Of a DNA stretch of 64,000 bases, positions 56,601 through 62,939 are shown piece after piece. The notes beneath the pieces were generated by a model that had not been told where the DNA came from, ran no database searches, and worked only from the letters and a program-made list of their open reading frames with translations. The position numbers and the translations under genes are program-made. This DNA is from Leucoraja ocellata (taxonomy: Eukaryota), in NCBI GenBank assembly GCA_036785375.1, contig JAWMAR010000201.1, positions 1,364,001-1,428,000 on the forward strand, read 5' to 3'. Within the stretch, counting starts at the first letter, position 1. Every line of letters begins with the position of its first letter.

Positions 56601-59600
56601 ACATCAGGATAATGTAACATGTGTGTTACTGAAGGAACAGGGGTAGTGTATTAATATAGCTAGAAAGGAAAATATATACGGGGTACCTGGAAGGATACGT
56701 GGTATCTGGAATTGTAATGTGCTATATTCCGACAATGTAAGACACTGTTTCTTTATTTTCTGTTTGGCCATCACACTGGCATTGGAGGAGGCAGAAAACA
56801 ACTATAACGCCTCGTGAATGGGTTGGGGAAATAAAATGGTTGGCCAGCGAGAGGTAGATATGGCTACGGCGGACAAAGTGCATGTGCCAGGCAAAGCTGT
56901 CACCGACTCCACGTTGTATCTCATAGATGTAGGAAGGCCACACGAAAAGCACCAAGTGTAATGGACGAGCTTGGAGCCTCCAGCAACTGTTGTGCCCTGT
57001 GCCTCCTGTTTATGTCATATTCAAATGTTATTACTCTTTATTTATCTTTTCATAGTTCGTATCCCCACACACATATTTAACCTATGGTGAATGGTCATAT
57101 ACAAGCCTATTCGTTTTTCCTCAGATGCAGTGAGATGGATACAGTGTCTAGCTTCTCGGACTCTATCCAGGAAATTAGCAAACACGAACGAAGTATGGAT
57201 GTGCAAACCTTATTATCACCATACAAATAGGACAGGTGACGAGGTTGTACCACTGGAATATATGTGTATACCATAAATATATGGCAACAGTACTGTGAAA
57301 ACAAGTATATCTTAGTAGGATAAGAACAACAACTAATAAAGCTATCGGGATCTGACGACCATCATGACCCTCCACACCCTTGCTGATGAAGAGGCACACT
57401 ATATGAAGGTCAAATTTGCCACTATACTAAGTCAACAGTGTTGACTATTCAACTGTTGATTATCGTGCGTTCTACAACATCTTAAATCGAATCACCTGTA
57501 AATTAGTCCATGTTGTGATCTGCGGATACTTTGAGAATATTCGATACCATCACACGTCAAATGCCTTCAGGCAGCTCTGCATTTCAAAATCAGATATCGT
57601 GGCAACATCTTTCTCTGCAGCTGAAGCGTCATTTCCCTTCTAAAATGGCTGAACACGACCATGTCCTCCACATCTGTTTCCTAGATATGTAATTGTCCAA
57701 GGCAACCAATAACCGATGTCATATGTTTTATTACACTCTCTAGAATGCTTGAAAATGAAGGACGATCTAGATGATAAAGGTATTTTTTTAACTCTACGCT
57801 TAATTGTGTAGCAGCATATGATTCTAAAAAACATTACCATAAATAGAAACATAGAAACATAGAAACAAGGTGCAAGAGATAGGCCATTCGTCCCTTCGAG
57901 CCTGCACCGCCATTCAATATGATCATGGCTGATCATCCAACTCAGTATCCTTTACCTGCCTTCTCTCCACACCCCCTGATCCCTTTAGCCACCAGGGCCA
58001 GATCTAACTCCCTCTTAAATATAGGCAGTGAACTGGCCTCAACTACCTTCTATGACAGAGAATTCCACAGATTCACCACTCTCTGTGTGAAAAATGTTCT
58101 TCTCATCTCGGTCCTAAAAGAGTTCCCCCTTATCCTTAAACTGTGACCCCTTGTTCTGGACTACCCCAACATCGGGAACAATCTTCCTGCATCTAGCCTG
58201 TCCAACACCTTAAGAATGCTGTACGTTTCTATAAGACCCCACCCCCCCCCCCCCCCCCCCCCCCCCTCAATCTTCTAAATTCGAGCGAGTACAAGCCAAG
58301 TCTATCCAGTCTTTCTTCATATGAAAGTCCTGCCATGCCAGGAAACAGTCTGGTGAACCTTCTCTGTACTCCCTCTATGGCAAGAATGTCTTCCTCAGAT
58401 TAGGAGACCAAAACTGTACCCAATACTCCAGGTGTGGTCTCACCAAGGCCATGTACAACTGCAGTAGAGTAGATTGTAAAAGCAAATAAAGTAATGAATG
58501 TTATGTTAAATATGTTATGAATGTTATGTTAAACAGGTATGTTAAATTATGCACGAAGGGGACATTTTAAAATTGGGGTTATAGTTCCAGGAAGACATGA
58601 AGGAAGTACATGTTGTGCAGTCAACAAATTATATCAATGCATTGCACAGCATTGCAAAATCCCAAATTTAAGTGCACGTTTATAAACTGACGATATCGCA
58701 GAAAATACCCGAACTGCGTTGAGAGGCATCTGATGCATCGATGCATTCTCCATTTTGTAATACTTAATTTGTCTGAAACTGAGTGCAATAAAGAACATTT
58801 GTTGAAGAAGGAACCGCAGATGCCGGAAAATCGAAGGTAGACAAAAATGCTGGAGAAACTCAGCGGGTGAGACAGCATCTATGGAGCGAAGGAAATAGGC
58901 AACGTTTCGGGTAGAAACCCTTCCTCAGAAAAAAAAAACATTGCATGCTAGTGATCAGTTTCAGTGCCTGTATACTGATTTACAGCATTCTTTATTGCAA
59001 CTCGTTTTGCTTTTTAGACTAGTCATATCGTAAAATTATTTCGTTTGTAACATGACTTTAAAGTTCCCTTCAGCACGTAGGCCTCGTTTCCTAACGTGCT
59101 TACCCAGTCTGTTTGCTCTTCGGGTTATACCTAATTAAAAGCTAAAATGTGTTCGTATATTTTACAGAATGTCCTACATTATGCGCTGTCCATGATAAAC
59201 GATTGTATGAGCCTTTGCTACTGACGAACAGCTACTAACTTATCATAGATCGACATTGTTTAGATTACATTACCAAGCCTGCGGAGCGCTCGAAAAATAA
59301 CAATTGACATAATGCTATTTGTTCAGATGAATTCGTTCTTAACCTCAGCAACGCGAGAATTGACGTCCAATATGAAACATTAACCGGAATAATTTAATCA
59401 GAAATTGAAATGAATATGAATTCTGGCAATCGTAAATTTACCCCGTGATTTGAATCAAAATACCATTCGAAATCAAATGATCCTCAAGGGGTCATTTCAC
59501 ATGTTAGATGGATTAAATACGGTGAATATATTATCTTATATATATTCGGTGAATATATTCTCTTTGAGTCAAACCCACTTTCGAAATTGATGCAATTTAT

Positions 59601-62583
59601 TGGAACTGGAACGAACATTTAAAAAGAGTTTCACGGAAATCATCCTTCCAAGAAAGATTATACATTGAAATTCGCCCCTGTTATCGATGTTGTATGATAT
59701 AAACCTTTTGAAGCAAACACAATTATGTCGAACCATACCGTTGTAGCCCAAATAATTCGCAGTGCATGTCGTTGTGATGTTTTATAAACACGCATTAATA
59801 AAATTTCCAACAGTGCAAGCATTAGCAAAGAAGGACAGAGGCAAGTAGATTTTGATGACCGTGGTCAGTACAAAATGCTTGCAGATCGTTGTAATTTTCA
59901 ACGAATGAAACAGGTTTGATTAAATTTGATATACTTTGACATGCTAGTTAGTTATCTATCAATCTGAGATGTTCCCTAAAATTGCATTGTACACACATTT
60001 TGAAATATTATCCGCACGTTAGTGCTTTTAGAAACCTAACCTACCCGTGATCGCTTCAATGGATAGCTGCAAATAGCTAAGCAGCTTAGTATGTAAGAGT
60101 CTAAGAGCCCTTGTTATGATATCAATAACAAGAAGATGGAACAGATTTTGTCAGATATAATCTGAAGCAATCATACCATTTTGTTTCCACTGGAAGATAT
60201 GTATTAGTATTATGTAGCTTTGGAGTAACCTTTCAGGATTCAGTATTTATTCGCACATCTTTAACTTTGTTCACATTTAAGTGTAAACCTATAACCTCAT
60301 TGCACGCTGTTATATCACATTTTGATCCAGAACTGGATTCAATCATTCTATTACTACGCATCGAAAACCAATAATATTTTCATATTTTAGGTAATTATTT
60401 AAATCTACGCTTACATAAACCTTCGCGACTGGAAATAATATTTTCAAAAACGACTTATTTATGAAATATATCCCCCCCCCCCTCCCTCGTAGTAATGAAT
60501 TTTCACAATTTTATTGTGAATGTGTACATCACGCTTCGAAATTCGCTGCTGAAAAATGTACATGCACATAAACTATCAATGTATAGAGAGTGCTCCTTAT
60601 AATTTCAACTAATACCAGTTTACTATTATTATACCAACTGAGAAGACTGTGTTTTGCTATTATAACATTTTCTTCATTTTGTTTCCAAACAGAATTAGAA
60701 AAACTAAGGAAATCACTCACGAATTATGGTAAGTTTAATAAATGACTACAGATGGCTTGTTTTCACGGTAAACTGTTTCTGTAATTGCCTTGCCGTCTTT
60801 TACATATATTGGGTCAATGAATTTTAGGAGAAACCGCACAAGAAATTTAGTATGGTGCTGTTCAGTTAACTTGAACTCATTGTTCAGCCAATCACCGAGT
60901 CACCATCTCTCAGAATAATTTTTGAATGCATTGCTGTTTTCTGAGTTGACAATAGACAACAGTAGTATTAATAAGGGAGCACACCAATAATTTTGCACTG
61001 ACTATATTTGCACTGACTATATTTACTTCCATAGATAGTAGGTAGTTCAATTTGGGATTCAGAATTCTTCACGCCATAGATATGAAATCGGCAATTCCCT
61101 AATTTAATTGATGCCAATAATCTGCAGGTCTTGAAATTGACATAAAATAAATCGGGAACAGCAAAATCATGAAAAGGAAAAAAAAAACAATGTTAAAATA
61201 AAAGTTATCAATCTGAGGCAAATACGGGACTATTTTGACATTGATCAAACTCAGATTAGCTTGCAGTCGAATCACAGTGCACTGTGATTCGCTGCCGAAG
61301 AATTTAATCCTGTGGCTACTAGCATTTCGGACAATTCCAGGTGACTTCCGATTCCCCACCGTATTTCACGATAAGCGAAGCCCCCTTGTTTCACTTTAAA
61401 CAGCGCAAATAATCATGTAAACGTATTTTATTGCGAAATGATAGTCGCAGATGTTTTGTTAATAGAACAGGCAATTTCCTATTGATCACAGTAGCCAAAA
61501 AACTGACAATAGGGTTGCAACATGCATTTCACAAAATTAACTATTGCAAACATTTGGTGTATTTTAAGCCTTTCATCAAAGCATGATGCACGCACTTGTA
61601 GAACAATGCTGATATAATATTTATGGGTCAAATGCGATTTCATCCAAACAAATGCTTTAATGCAATTTAAGAAAACAATTTGGTCAATGTAAAGACTAAT
61701 TACTATAACAACAACTTTTATCCGATTGTACGCGATAATATATGTAAATAATAAATATCTCACGACGAGAAAGAACGATTATTCTGAGCATTTAACTGGG
61801 TTGCAGAACAGAGGGTACAACCAGCAGGAAGAGTATGCCAGAGCAATGTAGTGTGAAATTCCAAGGAATGAAACGATTCGCGTTATAAAGTCGAAATATG
61901 CCAACGAAATGATACCTGCGCCCATAACGTAATATGTGACATCGAGTTCTAGAGGGATATGTAAAATATGAAGTCAGCTAAAGAAAGTTGAGTCAATGTT
62001 ATTGTAATTATCCAAAGTAAGGGACATATTGACTCGGACTATGCACATAAATAGGAATCATACGTAAATTATATGCATATGGATTACAACTCAAATGCTT
62101 AAGACAGTGGAAAAATAAAGACTGCAACATTGCCAAGGGGTGCCTAATGAATGATTGAAGAAATACGTTTATTAGCCAAAGTTTCACATACAAGGAATTG
62201 TCCTTGGAGCTCCGCCCGCAAGTGACAACATGACATACAGTGGCAGTTAAGAATGACACATAAACTATTAATCATTAATACGCCGAATGCTATAATTATT
62301 TTTTGCAGAAAAATAAAAGATAATGTCAAACTCAGATCATCAATGTCTATCACAACACATCCCATCCGAGAGGCTATGTTTACAAATGAAATAATATTAT
62401 CAACGTGTTCATAATTAAAGGGACATTATGTTCAGTATTTTCTCATGTTTAATCGTGAGATCAATCGAATGAAATGTTCTGCTCAAGCTTGAGTATCAGA
62501 AAATTAATCGTGCCTTCACTTGTAATTGTACACGGGCATGTTATTGACATTAACAGAGGAGAACTGGAGCACTGAAAGCAAAG
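2360..62583 (+). CDS. Internal part of an unidentified multi-exon gene: array of ~30 symmetric phase-1 microexons (27/36/15 nt) encoding a long coiled coil; both gene ends lie outside the window
   Basis: 30 exons (12 x 36 nt, 16 x 27 nt, 2 x 15 nt = 894 nt), all on +, all AG..GT/GC bounded, all open in phase 1. Conceptual splice: xLEDCRKNVENL-ERNIEANEK-ALTDCDASY-AKSKE-DFGILQEKC-KLDLDAKDT-EIDSLQSKIQES-ENKKK-EIERREEAH-EISSLKERLQSA-DFEAKEKID-DEEAREKNS-EIASLKKNLIDT-EEKLRQREK-EKEHLNELLVDC-DADLKYKLK-DVDEIKAKLNET-EKRMNNTEK-EFQKLKDICQEE-EMESLRSKLTDW-EQDLNMKDI-TIEKLTVTDSDK-EQKLNFKER-ELEKLKGILLEY-EQKMSVKDK-ALVKLKENVIEY-EMKQTTHDT-VQALAKKDR-ELEKLRKSLTNY-EENWSTESK. Confidence 0.85.
3479..3505 (+). CDS. 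27-nt phase-1 microexon (ERNIEANEK)
   Basis: tatattttttag|AAAGAA...GAAAAGG|gtaaga. Confidence 0.85.
4418..4444 (+). CDS. 27-nt phase-1 microexon (ALTDCDASY)
   Basis: ttctggtgttcag|CCCTAA...AGTTACG|gtaggt; an internal AG offers an in-frame 18-nt alternative. Confidence 0.65.
5579..5593 (+). CDS. 15-nt phase-1 microexon (AKSKE)
   Basis: ttcttcatatcgctttag|CAAAATCAAAAGAGG|gtaagt. Confidence 0.75.
5678..7229 (+). mobile_element. 5'-truncated CR1-clade LINE (RT domain to 3' tail), young but inactivated
   Basis: ORFs 5632-6468 and 6360-7130 carry CR1 RT motifs (NYRPVSLTS, QHGF, YLDFQKAFDKVPH, SGVPQG, LVRPHLEYCVQFW). There is a frameshift after GVPQG, the FADD motif reads FAND, and the copy ends in (TTTCTATG)3. 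Confidence 0.95.
8314..8340 (+). CDS. 27-nt phase-1 microexon (DFGILQEKC)
   Basis: tttatatctgtatag|ACTTTG...AAGTGCA|gtaagt. Confidence 0.75.
9330..9356 (+). CDS. 27-nt phase-1 microexon (xLDLDAKDT)
   Basis: gttcatttttaag|AACTTG...GATACAG|gttcgt (weaker donor). Confidence 0.7.
9840..10135 (+). mobile_element. SINE 3' half with L2-type tail
   Basis: (TGTGTGAATG)n linker, GC-rich core, tail gtaaagcgccttgag...gaaaggcgcc...(TAT)n resembling the L2 tail at 26870-26953. Confidence 0.75.
10305..11030 (+). mobile_element. Degraded CR1 LINE RT fragment
   Basis: SKFADDTKLGG at ~10355; LYRALVRPHLEYCVQF in ORF 10602-10913. Confidence 0.9.
11218..11253 (+). CDS. 36-nt phase-1 microexon (EIDSLQSKIQES)
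   Basis: ttttcttataactag|AAATAG...GAATCGG|gttagt. Confidence 0.85.
12100..15320 (+). mobile_element. Old, heavily decayed long CR1-like LINE (ORF1 remnant, APE endonuclease, RT) with nested fragments
   Basis: ORF 13120-13329 YDVAVIKDTWL...PGYSCVRRD...GEGVA is APE-like; decayed RT-like text 14100-15300; boundaries approximate. Confidence 0.75.
14416..14615 (+). mobile_element. Young CR1 3' end nested in the older LINE
   Basis: Near identical to 7025-7229, ends (TTTCTATG)2. Confidence 0.9.
16047..16061 (+). CDS. 15-nt phase-1 microexon (ENKKK)
   Basis: tttgttttttaatacag|AAAATAAGAAAAAAG|gtaatc. Confidence 0.7.
17020..17320 (-). mobile_element. tRNA-derived SINE
   Basis: Reverse complement begins gggcggcacagggg-cgcagtggtagagttg (A-box-like head); related to 17913-18160 and 53885-54190. 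Confidence 0.75.
17913..18262 (+). mobile_element. tRNA-derived SINE followed by CR1-type 3' tail
   Basis: gcgcagcggtcgag (A-box-like), gggttcgatcc (B box); tail ccatgatcacattgaatggcggtg...ctattgtctattg. Confidence 0.8.
18839..18865 (+). CDS. 27-nt phase-1 microexon (EIERREEAH)
   Basis: atattgtttcag|AGATTG...GCTCATG|gttagt. Confidence 0.8.
18949..20544 (+). mobile_element. Tc1/mariner DNA transposon, full length (~1.6 kb), transposase pseudogene ~19333-20316
   Basis: TA|CAGTGCATTCAGAAAGTATTCAGACCCC left TIR, right TIR GGGGTCTGAATACTTTCTGAAT. Transposase motifs ARRKPLL, ILWSDD, VKHGGG-like, FQHDN, WQSPDSN, with several stops. Confidence 0.95.
20935..21430 (+). mobile_element. CR1 LINE 3' fragment
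   Basis: ORF 20896-21537 FTGLIPGMAGLSY...NLWNSLPQ; tail (TGTCTAT)-like. Confidence 0.9.
22471..22506 (+). CDS. 36-nt phase-1 microexon (EISSLKERLQSA)
   Basis: ttttttctaaattcatcacag|AAATAT...AGTGCAG|gtaagc. Confidence 0.88.
23500..26953 (+). mobile_element. L2-clade LINE, near-complete ORF2 (APE + RT) with stops/frameshifts and (TAT)n tail
   Basis: FNVRSL..LCLTETW, IYRPP, GDFNIH, PTHNKGHILDLV, SDH (APE). FQSGFR..HSTETAL, LLDLTAAFDTI, GVPQGSVLGPLLF, YADDTQLY (RT). LHWLPV C-terminus. Confidence 0.95.
23864..24200 (+). mobile_element. Young CR1 3' fragment nested in the L2 endonuclease region
   Basis: SRTRGHSLRIR...GTGY*, (TTTCTATG)4 tail; L2 frame resumes at GCTPTLIVSIYRPP. Confidence 0.93.
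27570..27926 (+). mobile_element. Decayed CR1-like RT fragment
   Basis: Degenerate WQMxFN...CxVLHFG...YTING and KKAxGMLAFI-like text. Confidence 0.6.
27927..28126. other. Assembly gap (N run)
   Basis: 200 N. Confidence 1.
28285..28420. repeat. Head-to-head Penelope-like terminal repeat fragments forming an inverted repeat
   Basis: gaatgggtgacgtttcgtgtcgag ... ctcgacccgaaacgtcacccattc; same family as 49480-49560 and 58800-58928. Confidence 0.65.
28883..28909 (+). CDS. 27-nt phase-1 microexon (DFEAKEKID)
   Basis: ttttccttggtttccag|ATTTCG...ATTGACG|gtgagt. Confidence 0.85.
29510..29935 (-). repeat. GC-rich interspersed repeat (unclassified)
   Basis: C-run, A-rich tract, then gaggctgcc...gcggcgc terminus; architecture shared with 34310-34650 and 43700-44550. 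Confidence 0.5.
30274..30300 (+). CDS. 27-nt phase-1 microexon (DEEAREKNS)
   Basis: tctccctgaacattcag|ACGAAG...AATTCAG|gtgaat. Confidence 0.75.
30928..30963 (+). CDS. 36-nt phase-1 microexon (EIASLKKNLIDT)
   Basis: atttgtgttgcag|AAATAG...GATACAG|gtaagc. Confidence 0.88.
31176..31193 (+). CDS. Possible 18-nt phase-1 microexon (VGDEES); not counted in the 30
   Basis: Strong acceptor tctctttttttatctccag, weak donor C|gtaaac; symmetric and open but not a 27/36 size class. Confidence 0.35.
31844..31870 (+). CDS. 27-nt phase-1 microexon (EEKLRQREK)
   Basis: ctttctcgaatag|AAGAAA...GAAAAGG|gtatgt. Confidence 0.85.
32519..32608. repeat. (TA)n microsatellite
   Basis: Direct reading. Confidence 0.95.
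32611..32690 (-). mobile_element. Helitron-like 3' terminus
   Basis: Minus strand reads cagaccc-aac-gggtctg hairpin, short spacer, then CTAG followed by T. Confidence 0.55.
32967..33002 (+). CDS. 36-nt phase-1 microexon (EKEHLNELLVDC)
   Basis: ttattccctcctgcag|AAAAAG...GATTGTG|gtaagt. Confidence 0.88.
34310..34650 (-). repeat. GC-rich interspersed repeat (unclassified)
   Basis: GC-rich body, poly-C, A-rich tract, gcagggcagcc...gcagcgcaccc terminus. Confidence 0.5.
36984..37010 (+). CDS. 27-nt phase-1 microexon (DADLKYKLK)
   Basis: ttttcttttcaacag|ACGCCG...TTAAAGG|gtatgc. Confidence 0.85.
37747..37782 (+). CDS. 36-nt phase-1 microexon (DVDEIKAKLNET)
   Basis: ttttgatttgttgcag|ATGTAG...GAAACCG|gtgagt. 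Confidence 0.88.
38215..40120 (+). mobile_element. Decayed DIRS-like (tyrosine-recombinase) retrotransposon fragment: gag-like region plus RT
   Basis: 39661-39850 translates PIHKEYRKYLKFNWMGQ*CQYKALPNGLTSAPRLFTKLLK...VMAYLDDIFIFG (YLDD at 39826-39837). Also KEWCWITTDPFVLHSIEGLKIEF and KSKLPP..IDYLGFTINT, which are DIRS-type. Confidence 0.8.
40203..40229 (+). CDS. 27-nt phase-1 microexon (EKRMNNTEK)
   Basis: ttttcacactag|AAAAAA...GAAAAGG|gtaagt. Confidence 0.85.
40500..40672. repeat. (GT)n/(GC)n/(GCGT)n compound microsatellite
   Basis: Direct reading. Confidence 0.9.
41662..41697 (+). CDS. 36-nt phase-1 microexon (EFQKLKDICQEE)
   Basis: taattttgcag|AGTTCC...GAGGAAG|gtttgt. Confidence 0.78.
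41895..41980 (+). mobile_element. CR1 3' tail remnant
   Basis: gaatggcggtgctggctcgaagggccgaatggcc...tttctatg. Confidence 0.85.
42833..42868 (+). CDS. 36-nt phase-1 microexon (EMESLRSKLTDW)
   Basis: tgtattccctgcag|AGATGG...GATTGGG|gtgagt. Confidence 0.88.
43070..43685. repeat. CpG-rich interspersed repeat (unclassified)
   Basis: Abrupt GC/CpG-rich block in an AT-rich intron; no credible ORF. Confidence 0.45.
43700..44550 (-). repeat. GC-rich interspersed repeat (unclassified, longest copy of this architecture)
   Basis: CpG-rich body, C-runs, A-rich tract, gaggctgctgcagtgcagcgcccc terminus. Confidence 0.55.
44670..44831. other. Assembly gap (N run) preceded by (CACT)n-like repeat
   Basis: 162 N. 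Confidence 1.
45473..45499 (+). CDS. 27-nt phase-1 microexon (EQDLNMKDI)
   Basis: gtatttcttttcag|AACAAG...GACATTA|gtaagt. Confidence 0.85.
46280..46826 (-). mobile_element. Rex1/Babar-clade LINE 3' fragment
   Basis: Minus strand LDWSFNAEALHKKGRRRLQFLKRLR; ends ...AIRL then 3' UTR with aataaagttcta. Confidence 0.8.
46983..47018 (+). CDS. 36-nt phase-1 microexon (xIEKLTVTDSDK)
   Basis: gccttgtttcag|CGATAG...GATAAAG|gtgagt. Confidence 0.85.
47520..48365. repeat. GC/C-rich repeat region, probably a retroelement terminal segment
   Basis: Poly-C runs, CpG-rich, internal tandem gtgacatatccggcgctt x2; family not identified. Confidence 0.4.
49024..49050 (+). CDS. 27-nt phase-1 microexon (EQKLNFKER)
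   Basis: acaacatacatag|AACAAA...GAGAGAG|gtaaag; weak pyrimidine tract but clearly similar to exons at 45473 and 52281. Confidence 0.78.
49460..50050 (-). mobile_element. Penelope-like element 3' part (GIY-YIG endonuclease remnant plus terminal repeat)
   Basis: ORF 49847-50113 LCIGQSKHRMRDHFAENLRSVR matches the YIG-TxRxLxxRFxEH pattern; downstream terminal repeat with gaagggtcccgacccgaaa. Confidence 0.75.
51303..51338 (+). CDS. 36-nt phase-1 microexon (ELEKLKGILLEY)
   Basis: ttttgttgatacag|AATTGG...GAGTATG|gtaagt. Confidence 0.88.
51710..52195 (+). mobile_element. Rex1/Babar-clade LINE 3' fragment
   Basis: FFLRRLKK...NFYRCTIENILTNCITVWYGNCS...LQRVVK...LFTLLPSVRRYR...NSFYPAAVTLLN; tail (TGAATC)n. 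Confidence 0.88.
52281..52307 (+). CDS. 27-nt phase-1 microexon (EQKMSVKDK)
   Basis: tgttatttcattag|AACAAA...GACAAAG|gtacga. Confidence 0.8.
53885..54190 (-). mobile_element. tRNA-derived SINE
   Basis: caggatcgaacccg is the reverse-complement B box; same family as 17020-17320. Confidence 0.8.
54243..54468. mobile_element. Palindromic MITE, PIF/Harbinger-type
   Basis: TGCCCCTGTCCCACTTAGGAAACCTGAACGGAAACCTCTG ... CAGAGGTTTCCGTTCAGGTTTCCTAAGTAGGACAGGGGCA, flanked by TTA on both sides (54240-42, 54469-71). Confidence 0.9.
55564..55599 (+). CDS. 36-nt phase-1 microexon (ALVKLKENVIEY)
   Basis: tttcctcttcgacag|CACTCG...GAGTATG|gtgagt. Confidence 0.88.
56057..56083 (+). CDS. 27-nt phase-1 microexon (EMKQTTHDT)
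   Basis: ttttatttccgtacag|AAATGA...GACACAG|gtaaga. Confidence 0.85.
56230..56960 (-). mobile_element. Older decayed Penelope-like 3' fragment
   Basis: 56760-56950 parallels 49830-50030 in degenerate form. Confidence 0.55.
57842..58468 (-). mobile_element. Young CR1 LINE 3' fragment
   Basis: (CATAGAAA)n then reverse complement of 6630-7200; internal poly-C expansion. Confidence 0.93.
58800..58928 (-). mobile_element. Penelope-like terminal repeat with hammerhead-like core
   Basis: Minus strand: CTGAGGA-A-GGGT-ttct-ACCC-GAAACGTT. Confidence 0.6.
59814..59840 (+). CDS. 27-nt phase-1 microexon (VQALAKKDR) with GC donor
   Basis: aaatttccaacag|TGCAAG...GACAGAG|gcaagt (GC-AG donor consensus AG|GCAAGT). 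Confidence 0.72.
60693..60728 (+). CDS. 36-nt phase-1 microexon (ELEKLRKSLTNY)
   Basis: cattttgtttccaaacag|AATTAG...AATTATG|gtaagt. Confidence 0.88.
62557..62583 (+). CDS. 27-nt phase-1 microexon (EENWSTESK)
   Basis: ttgacattaacag|AGGAGA...AGCAAAG|gtaaaa. Confidence 0.7.
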
Positions 62584-62939
62584 GTAAAACAAGACAACTT
62601 ACGAAAATCCTCTTTCGTATACAGTAGTTCACGCTTCGTTCAAAGTCCTTACACAATGTTTTCGAATGTAAAGTGTGTTATATAATAGCAGCTACGAGAG
62701 TCCGAAAGTCATTGAAGTATAGAGCTATACAACATGCGAACAGTTCCCCGGTGTCCCAGTTGGCATTCTGGGCTGATGCCGACTATCACGTTTGGCCACT
62801 ATCCTCGTAAAAATAACATTTTCCATCTATCTGCACAAAGGACTTTTGACAATCATAACTTATCCACTCTATAGATTCCTCGGGAATATCTTCCCAGAAT
62901 GGGGCTGCTCTGAGTTAAAATCACACCGAGAAAAAAATG

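Noticed and set aside
57125-57235. 111-nt phase-1 open segment after a strong acceptor
   Set aside because: Peptide is not coil-like, matches no domain I recognise, and the donor (gtgacg) is weak.
59168-59204. 37-nt AG..GT segment where a 36-nt exon is expected
   Set aside because: Frameshifting length and a peptide (ECPTLCAV) unlike the 36-nt class; worth rechecking only if reads show an indel.
61807-61832. 26-nt segment EQRVQPAGR with gtatgc donor
   Set aside because: Not symmetric; possible decayed 27-nt exon but cannot be supported.
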